Shown here: piece after piece, positions 28,301-36,700 of the stretch | Layout: the number at the start of each line of letters is the position of its first letter | Position numbering within the stretch: position 1 is the stretch's first letter | Assembly: GCA_964247055.1 (NCBI GenBank) | Contig: OZ176053.1 | Location: 11,284,001 to 11,348,000, forward strand | DNA from: Paragordius varius | Lineage: Eukaryota; Animalia; Nematomorpha | Direction of reading: 5' to 3' | Length of the DNA stretch: 64,000 nucleotides | Position numbers and translations under genes: made by a program | Notes under the pieces: generated by a model | Told to the model about the DNA's origin: nothing | Seen by the model: the letters and a program-made list of their open reading frames with translations, nothing else | The model's database searches: none

Positions 28301-29650
28301 GTATCATTACCATTCATTTTATTATGAATGAAAACATGTAGTATTTTATGACTTTTGTTCGTATCCTGAGCATCTTTTTGATTTGGGGTGTTGGAAACAA
28401 TGAAAAAATCCATATTAACGACTTGTAATTCCCTATTTATCACATGGTGGATTAATATAGATAATATAGCAAGATATTTTAAACTATAAATATAGTATAA
28501 TTATAACACATATTTTGTAAACATATTAAAAAATATATTAATTATTATACACACTATTGCTTGTGATAAAGTAACATTTTGAGGGATCAAAGATATTTGC
28601 AATGCTGGTTCTGGCAGAATATATTAAATGTTCAAATAGAATTAACTTACCAACTTGTTTCTGAAGATACAATGATATTAAGACTATTCGTATGAGGTAA
28701 TGTTTGGCTTATAAGTTTGAACTTATGTAATGTAAAATTTTTAATGCAAATTTAAAAATTACTTTTAATGACTTTATCTCTCGATGAAAATACATTATTA
28801 TAGTCGTAAGGGTGTAAATTAAAAAAGCTAAGATGATAATATATACAAGCGTATTTATGTAAATAAATTTCACAGAAAACGTGTGTGCCTATTCTTATTC
28901 AATAATAGAAATTTAGTTTTACGCTCAATCCAATATGGACAACACAGTTAATTACTATTAAAAAAGTGCTCAATAATGCCTTGAATTGATATACCTTTGA
29001 AACTGAAACGACAATATTTTTTTCATTTTTCCAGAAAATTCGTAAAGATCAAGAGTGTCTTTGGCAATACACAAATATCCATCTGTATTTTATAAAAAAA
29101 TAAAAACCTGCCCTAATATGGCATTTTTCGTCATAAGAAGGTCTAAAATATTAATTTAATGCATACTTTGGTATATTGGTTTCTTGTTTTAAATACCCCA
29201 TGGCTGAATCCCAAACCCGTATCATAGAAAAATTTTTAGAGGTGGTTGTTATTTCTTTGATAAAATACATATATTACTTCTATCAAATTTACAAACATCA
29301 ATTTTCCCTATCGCACCACTTTCTAACACATGTCTCCAAGCTATAAAATATTTAATTGATTAACTTATATCGCCTGTATCAATTGATATTGAAGCTAATA
29401 TATTTTTTTCAGTAAGAGCAATGAGTTGAATCCCTTTATCATACATCCTTTCAACAAATATATGAGTTGCGAGTCCGATATATTGATGACGCCTAAGATT
29501 TATATAATCAAATTACCAATCAAATTTTCCTATTTGATCCTCGTATAAACACCATCCTGCGTTCATATACAACATTATGGTAACAATTATTGCATCTATA
29601 TAAGTTCCAAAGGGATCTAAATATAAATTATATTTAAATCAACTTTGCAT
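10365..29650 (-). CDS. EMC1: ER membrane protein complex subunit 1 (multi-exon, ~25 exons)
   Basis: Spliced N-terminus MQNPFGTY...LYEDQIGKFDWRHQYIG (human VYEDQVGKFDWRQQYVG). Internal exons: WIREESLSEPLSVDVIDLP (~22270-22378), FRDKFNIRKLIVITTK (20790-21187), VFGIDSQTGNIL (19037-19237), YFNPLTG, DRNVLYRYINPNL, GPVHIINSENW, INYNQSV (11955-12043), PTGLESTSLILAYGLD (10739-10798). Last exon 10525-10365 encodes FDVLKDDFD, a TM helix and LNLAWA*. The splice path at ~28990-28440 is not fully resolved. Confidence 0.95.
10975..11522. mobile_element. MITE family B (TIR ~CTTCGATTCAAATTGGGGT), intronic in EMC1
   Basis: Imperfect ~30-bp inverted ends; shares internal sequence (AAAAATGGCGTCGAAGTA...) with copies at 36093-36606 and ~51300-51572. 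Confidence 0.7.
11756..11931. mobile_element. Palindromic Tc1/mariner-type MITE (CAGTAGC...GCTACTG), TA TSD
   Basis: 176-bp element with ~70-bp inverted arms, flanked by TA on both sides. Confidence 0.75.
13050..13298. mobile_element. MITE family D with subterminal ~18-bp tandem repeats (GAGGGTGAATTTGAATTT)
   Basis: TACAATTCAAATTCCCC...GGGTGAATTTAATCTGTA ends; related copies at 32158-32384 and 38197-38459. Confidence 0.6.
13620..14050 (-). mobile_element. Highly decayed non-LTR reverse transcriptase remnant
   Basis: Frameshifted RPITL, LFITYV...AFDSI..LW and WVDD-like motifs. Confidence 0.4.
15956..16168. mobile_element. Palindromic Tc1/mariner-type MITE (CAGTCAT...ATGACTG), TA TSD
   Basis: Long inverted arms (AAATATTTGGTAAAGAATGGAAAAAACAAGAGCTC versus its reverse complement), TA on both flanks. 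Confidence 0.75.
18691..18900. repeat. Two tandem copies of a ~100-bp unit
   Basis: TTTTATTCTCTGAT...TTCGACATA...TTTTATCATGTTATATGTG starts at both 18691 and 18792. Confidence 0.7.
19500..20052 (+). mobile_element. 5'-truncated RTE-clade LINE (RT C-terminal region), antisense within an EMC1 intron
   Basis: VRPTLTYASETW, RLRYFGHI and RKGRLKTTW motifs typical of the 3' end of the RTE ORF. Confidence 0.85.
20113..20423. mobile_element. hAT-type MITE (C[A/T]GTGGTTCCCAA...TTGGGAACCACT)
   Basis: 13-bp TIR; degenerate 8-bp TSD ATGCATTA/ATGTAATA; related copy at ~45216-45712. Confidence 0.7.
21682..22184. mobile_element. MITE family C (TATACCATTTGCACTTCAAG...), copy 1
   Basis: ~60-bp imperfect TIRs containing repeated CTTCAAGT/CCTTGAAC motifs; second copy at 57561-58040. 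Confidence 0.7.
23395..25575 (+). pseudogene. Degenerate RTE-clade LINE (AP endonuclease end plus RT) with (CAA)n tail
   Basis: RLIEFC, NQIDFIL and SDHNLL (endonuclease); NYRTIAL, FVDFSKEFDSI, QGCLLSPILFN and YADD (RT); many stops and frameshifts; ends AGTCGGAATCGACCTTAG(CAA)4. Confidence 0.9.
25620..26140 (+). mobile_element. 5'-truncated RTE LINE fragment with (TTA)n tail
   Basis: VVQPTMMYNSQTW, EMRMLRLMCGVTR and RLRWFGHVER motifs; TTA repeat at ~26116-26140. Confidence 0.85.
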
Positions 29651-29740
29651 GGCAGGGCAATAGCTATTTATTCATGCATATAATCAGTCGTGAAAAAATT
29701 TTACCTGTATGTTGGAGTGGGAGATTTTTTTAAGATTTGC
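29651..29740. promoter_or_regulatory. 90-bp divergent (bidirectional) intergenic segment between the EMC1 and ARL3 start codons
   Basis: EMC1 ATG at 29650 (minus) and ARL3 ATG at 29741 (plus); both N-termini match their homologues. Confidence 0.7.
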
Positions 29741-30581
29741 ATGGGTCTATTCTCTTTCTTAAGGAAAATTAAGCTAACGCAATCAGCAATTAAAGAACTA
29801 CGAATATTAATTTTGGGATTAGATAACGCTGGAAAAACTACTATAGTTAAACACATATCTAATGAGGAACTTACTAGATCTGAGCCAACTCAAGTATTTT
29901 AATATCATTATATTAGGGATTTAACGTTAAATCTATTAATATAGATGGTTTACGATTAAATATATGGGATTTAGGTGGTCAACGGAGAATACGGTCTTTT
30001 TGGAATCATTATTTTGAACATACAGATTTGATAGTAATATTTGAATTTGATTTTAATAGATTTATGTAATCGATAGCGCTGATGTTTCAAGACTTCAAGA
30101 ATCTGATGAGGTATTATTATATATAAATATATAGGAATTTGATAAATTGCTAAATGAATCTCTATTAAAAAACATTCCAATACTCATATTTGCTAATAAA
30201 CAAGATCTCCACAACGCATCTTCTATTGATAACATTGTTAATTTTTTAAAACTTGATAAAATCCGTGATCGCGATTGGCAAATACAGCCTTGTTCAGCAC
30301 AAACCGGTGAAGGCCTTACAGTATAAAAATTATAATATACAGCTAAATTTTAACATATTTTATCCTAAAAGATTTATGTTTCTTAATATATATTGAAATA
30401 AAAATAAATATATGTATTTTAACGGGTTAATTTTTTAAATTTTTTTTGAAATAATTAGAATGAAATTTTACGGTAGAGTATTATTAAGATTTGTGCAAAT
30501 GCTTAAATTGTTTTTCTTTTATATTTAAAGGAAGGCTTTGAATGGGTCTCGACTCAATTGCAGCAAAAAACAGCCCACTGA
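29741..30581 (+). CDS. ARL3: ADP-ribosylation factor-like GTPase 3, 185 aa, 5 exons
   Basis: Exons 29741-29893, 29917-30033, 30060-30110, 30135-30320 and 30531-30581 give MGLFSFLRKIK...GLDNAGKTT...WDLGGQRRIR...ANKQD...CSAQTGEGL...*. G2 myristoylation site and overall sequence match ARL3 better than ARL2. Confidence 0.95.
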
Positions 30582-30678
30582 AATGAATCATACATCATTC
30601 CACCATATAATAGTGCAATTATTATTATTTTGTATTTTTTTGTAACTAAAGAATTTTTATTTACCCATTACAATCTAA

Positions 30679-30690
30679 AATAAATTTATT
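30679..30690. terminator. Palindromic AATAAA/TTTATT, a candidate shared polyadenylation signal for ARL3 and VMAT
   Basis: AATAAATTTATT lies ~98 nt after the ARL3 stop and ~90 nt after the proposed VMAT stop on the other strand. The AT-rich background makes chance occurrence possible. Confidence 0.4.
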
Positions 30691-30779
30691 TCAATTACTT
30701 TATGTATTTACATATGATTCAGAAAATTTAGAGGAAAAACGTATATATTGACATATCACGAAAGAAATAAGTGGATAGA

Positions 30780-33700
30780 TTAATTGACATTTTTGTTGGT
30801 GACTTCTGTCAGTTCATTAAATTTAATGCCAGTTTCTGTACCATCAACTAATGCCTAAATGATATTTAAATAGAAATTATCGTGAAATAAATATTTATAT
30901 TGGATTAAAATTAATTAAGATTTTGAGGACAAGTTTTAATTTATAGATAAATTGTTAATAACTCGTGTAATATGAATAAACTTATTCAAATATAAAATAT
31001 TTTGGATCTTACTGATCCTTTATCAAACATATAAAAATATTAAAAATAGAAATAAAACAAAGGCTGCTGTTGCTTTAAGTTATATTGGTTTCCTTTTAAG
31101 GAATTTTTTTGTGCAAGGTAATTCGAACATAATTACCAATAGCATTGATAAAATCTTATGTTCAAAAAAGAAAATCGAAAACGTTAACAAAAAAATATTT
31201 TGACTACCCATACAAGAAAACTTCACAAAATTCAAAAAACAGTTGAATAAAGTAAAGACATATTAGTAATATACAAACCATGCACAAATCTTTTACCACT
31301 CTTAACCAACCACCCCAAAAGTAAAACAAAAATGTCATATATGAAATCCCATGCAATGGATGCAACAAAAATCTTAATACAAATACAATAAACGAGTATA
31401 TCAAGCATAAAAACTTAAGAGTATACCAGCATTTACAATAGACACAACATACAATTGGCTCCTAAAAATTACTCGCCATGCAAAAAAAATTTATCCTAAG
31501 ATCCATAGAAGAGGCTTTGTACATCCATTCACACAACACGGAAAACCTCCTGGACGAAAGAGGGAAATTATCGCATATCAATCCAATCACCGCACTAAAA
31601 ATTTCCTTAAAGGGAAACCATTATAACTTAAACCAACAGATAACAAACCGCGCTATATTTTGTAATATTTATTATTGTTTATTTTGTTTTGTTTTATCTC
31701 CATCTTTAATATTTTTACATAATTGTTAAAGGATCAGTAAGATATGAAATATATAATTATTTTAAAAATTTATGTATTCTACACGCGTTAACAATTTAAA
31801 ATTAATCAGATTGTGCAATTTTGAATTTTATTGAGCATAAATAATTAATTGAATAGTATGAATTATTTCACATTGTCAATTAAGCTATATATTTTGCACT
31901 GCTTTATTAAATTTAACAATTTTATACGAAGTATTATACAAAAAAATTTAACAGGTACTATATTAAAATTAATGAAATCCATCTTATTATTTGTAATGGT
32001 AAATTACTCGATTTTCCTGCTCTTTTTCAAATGGTCTTAAACACATCAGCACCGGAGCAAACACAAAATTTATAATGGCTATACTGTAAAGCATTCTGTA
32101 TAAATCAGAATATTTAAAAAGAAAATATTATATACCATTAGTTCAAATTCATCTTTGAACAATCTAATTCACCCCCGAACTTTAAATTCACCCAGGTATT
32201 TTTTAAGATTACGAATTTCTTACATTTTTTTTTATTTTAAAAAATAAAATATTGTTTAAAATTATAGTAAAATAATATGACATTAGGATATATTTCATAT
32301 TAGTAATGAGTTATATTACTCGGAAGCACATAATTTATTTTTAGGGTGAATTTGAAATTTCAAGGGTGAATTAGAATTGTAAATTGTATGTATATATATA
32401 TATATATATATATATCAGGGTTGGCCACCTTTTTTTCCGCGGGCTTCTTTTTTGGGTAAAAACTTCACACGGGCAAGTATGAATATTAGATATTAAAAGA
32501 AACACAAAAGGGATTGGGGGACTAGCACAGGCCATTTTAAAATAAATATTACTTAAAATAATTATTTTATTAGTTATTTTTATATAGAATCTTAATTCTA
32601 TCAAAATACTATTACGATGATTCAGAAGACCTCTGGTTGCCACACTCAATACAAATACTATATAGATATATATATATATATCTATGTTTTGGTTACATAA
32701 TTTCATTTAAGGGTTGATTTTCCTTACGACCAACTCAATAGATTGTCATAATTTTATTTAAAAATTAAAAAAAGCTCATAAAATCTTAGCCAAATTGATA
32801 TTTCTCATATAAATTAGTTTAAGTATTTCCCATTATGAATCAGCGAGCTAGCAAAAATTGGTGAGATAAATAGTAATTAAAATTTTTTATCCATTTTTCA
32901 CAGTCTTATGTTTGAAACCTAATAAAAATATTTATCATTGTCCATATATCGTTTTCAAATACGGCCCCCGTGAAGCCATTTGTGTTGGACACCTCTTTGC
33001 TATATCAAAGAAAATTGATTTTTGAAATAATATATAAATAAAATATTTACCCTTGAAAGTGTATTATTTTAACAAGCGTTCCACTCATTGAAGGGCCTAA
33101 AATAATAATCAATTTTAGAACAAAATCATCGTATCTCAATTAAGCTATTTCAGTATACAATTATGCGTGAATAATTATAAAAATAATATGTATATGTTGA
33201 ATTTCTTTTAGCTAATGTTTTAAATAAATTGTTGTTTTATCATTTACCTAATGCATATCCTAGGCAAAAAGCGACATCTGCTATAGCATAAACATTTCCA
33301 TATACTGCAATGTGACGAACATCCACTAAATTAGCCATGGTAGGCATCATGGATGAATCAACCATCCCTAAAATAAGTAAATTTTAATATTTAATTTTTT
33401 GGTTAATAATTATATCAGAGAATCGATATTGATTTCTTGTATACCAATGGAGAATCCAAGCCCAGCATTTGGTAGAATTAAACCTTTGAGTGTGGTAGCG
33501 TTTGGGATCTAAAAAATGATTTAATACAGTTACCATCATCAAGCAGGTTCCTATAAAGCCCATCCCAATGCAGGCACATAACCATCTAAAAGATAAAACT
33601 GTTTTTGTTAATTTATAACCCACCGCAAGCAAGATATAGTTACATTTTGATCCAAAAACAACTCTTTTTTTAAAAAGACTATATATATTTAATAGAGAAA

Positions 33701-36700
33701 TATCCCTGTTTTTCAAAAAAAAGTAATTGTTTCTATAATTGATTATCAAAAAATTTTGGCAAAAAATTTTAATATCATGAAAAAATTTATATAATTTTCT
33801 TGATCTTACTTTAAAGATTGATATAAAATTATTTATTACAGTTAAAAAGTTTGACACTTAAAAATTGATGTTAATAGCTATTATAATGTACCTTGCGTTG
33901 CAAATTAAACGTATTTACAATTATAAAGAACATCTCGTTTTATTTTTGCGACTAATGAATCTTTTTAGAGTAAAATACCCTGCAAGGGATTAACTTAACA
34001 TAGGGGATAATTTAAAAAGTGCCTCTCGAAAATGTATGTGGCCCTAAAATATAAGCCTTCATGCTTTCTAAAAAATTACTTAAAATTTTAATGGGAAGCG
34101 TTACAATAGGGTCGGGTTCTAAGGGTTTTAAATAAGTATTTAATTCTAATTTTTGAAAGAATACTAACTAGGACTATTGTAATGTATATGGGGTGATGAA
34201 AATTGCTCAAAAAAATATTTTTAAGTTTAAAAAGTAACTATGTTTCCGCATTTACAAATTAATAAATATTCGGTCTCAAAATGAACACATTTTTCTGATA
34301 AATCTTAAGTCATCATTTTTATAAATATATGGTAAGAATTTTGTATAATTATACCCTTAAATAAATTTTTGCAAAAAAGAGTTTATTTTGTAGCCAATTC
34401 GCTTAAAATTTGGATTGTTTTTAAACCATTATTGTTTATCCTTACTTCATGATTAAATGATGGTATTTATTATAATAAGACATAATATACCTTCCAAATT
34501 TGTGACCTAGGGGGCCAAAACTGCTTGTTCCTATCAAATAGGATAGACTTGCTGGTAAAAAGGCTACGCCTAAACATTAAAATTCTATAAGTTTTTACAC
34601 GTTAAAATAGCATTTTAATTAATTGATTTAAAGCCATATAAAAAATTATATGATAAAATACCCAACTCCCATTTAGCAGCATTCATTGTATCCATCATCC
34701 ATATGGGCAACGAAGGTTCTAACATAGCGATTCCCATATTACTTACCATGATCGAACCTAACGAGACATTCTTATTTATGTTTTAATAAAGGATTTTACA
34801 ACAGATCTAATACTGTTATATTTTGTTAATCCAATCATCCGTCTCAGCGCTAAGCGAACGAATATTAAAACTTTTAATGATCTGTTATATGATTTAGTCC
34901 TTACTGTTTATGAGGAAAAATAGATTTTTATGTTAATTAATTATATAATTTACCTGCAGTTATGAGAATGAGTGGATCTTTTAACAATTTGAGCAACGAT
35001 ACACCTTCTGTTGGCTGTTGGTAAATTCTTGGTTTTAACACAAATAGTTGCAAAACTAAAATTTAAATAACAAAGAATATCGGCTTGATTTGGAAAAAGT
35101 TTTGGCCAAAAGCCTAAAAAATAAGTAAAAAACTTTCAAAGGAGGTCTACTATTCTTTATAAAAAAACCATCGGATTATAATGTCTTAAACAATTTTCTG
35201 ATTTTTCAATGAACATTCTAAAATAAACCTCCATTTGCTAGAGCTATGATTGAAAGAATAATGAGCGGTACTTCTTTATCAAAGAATTGATACATAAAAC
35301 CCCCAAAAGGTGGCCCAATAAGTACACCTAAGGCAAGGCCGCTTAAGGCGATTCCCATCGCGCTACCCCGTTCTTCATTGTCCGGATAATAATCAGCTAT
35401 GATTGACATTCCTACCACAAAATATTAAACACATATTATTGACAAAGTATCTTTTTAAATGGTACTTTTTACTGGTACCTTAACAAACATCTATATTAGA
35501 TTGGATTTAAATATATCCTATGTTTTGCTTCTTTAAAAACACTAATGGAATCGTATAAGTTTCCACCCTTAATAGAGTGGTTATTACCACACAACACCCT
35601 ATCAAATCCGGTTACTACCTATAAATTGATGGTTATTGAACAATTTCTTTCATAATTCTATACGGGCAAACGCCGTGTCAAATGATATAGTTTATTTAAA
35701 TGGTTTATAAAAAAATATATAGGAAAAAATTAATGAGTTAATTTTAATATTGTACCTGAAACGCTTGAAAGCGACGATCCAATCCCTTGGACAGCTCTTG
35801 CACAAAGCAATAGCCAATAAGATTTGCTGTAAGCAAACACTATATAAAAAATTATTAAAAGTCTTATTGATTACAAATTGTCTTTTACAATTATTAAAAA
35901 TTTTTCAACGCCTTTTCAAACCAATTTTTCCAACAAAATAATTTTATCGTTGTAAAACTTTTTATAAATAAATGATATATGCGCCAAAGACATGTATGAG
36001 CGTTAAAATTCACTAAAATTGTTTTTAATGAACAGTTTTTAATAAAAATATATTGTTTTAATTAACACTCGGATATAACACATTCATTTCAGTACTTCGA
36101 TTCAAATTGGAGTAACTAGTGACCCCCCAGGCTAGTATTGTAAAAAACATGGGATAAATTAAAACCATAACTAAAGTTTGCTCTTATTTTATATGAATGA
36201 ACTGATATATAAAATGATTCGATATATTACTTATTTTACGGATAAATCGGAAGGTAAAAATTTAGCCAATATGACATGTGTTCATTAACTAAATATAAAA
36301 ATATACAAAATAATTATTTTTATTTTATCAATGTTAGATGTGATTTTCATATAAAAGATTTAATTTCATTAGAATGAAAAAAACCACGAAATTTTGCAAA
36401 ATTGAAGATTAAAAATGGTGTCGAAGTAATTTGATATGGAATTTTTTTCAGACCTAAATATATTTAGGTATTTTGGCTTATATATTTAATTTTTATTAAA
36501 TCAAAAGCATAAATTTAATTTGAAAACGTCACTTTTAGTAGTTTTTTAATAATATAAATTTAAATATGTACTAGGGTCGCTATTTACCCCAATTTGAATC
36601 GAGGTGTATAAATTAATGTTGTAAACTTACACTAGCTAATATTGGGATTATTGTAAAATTTTTTATTTAAAAAAAGTTGAAAAAGTTAGGTTTTATCTTT

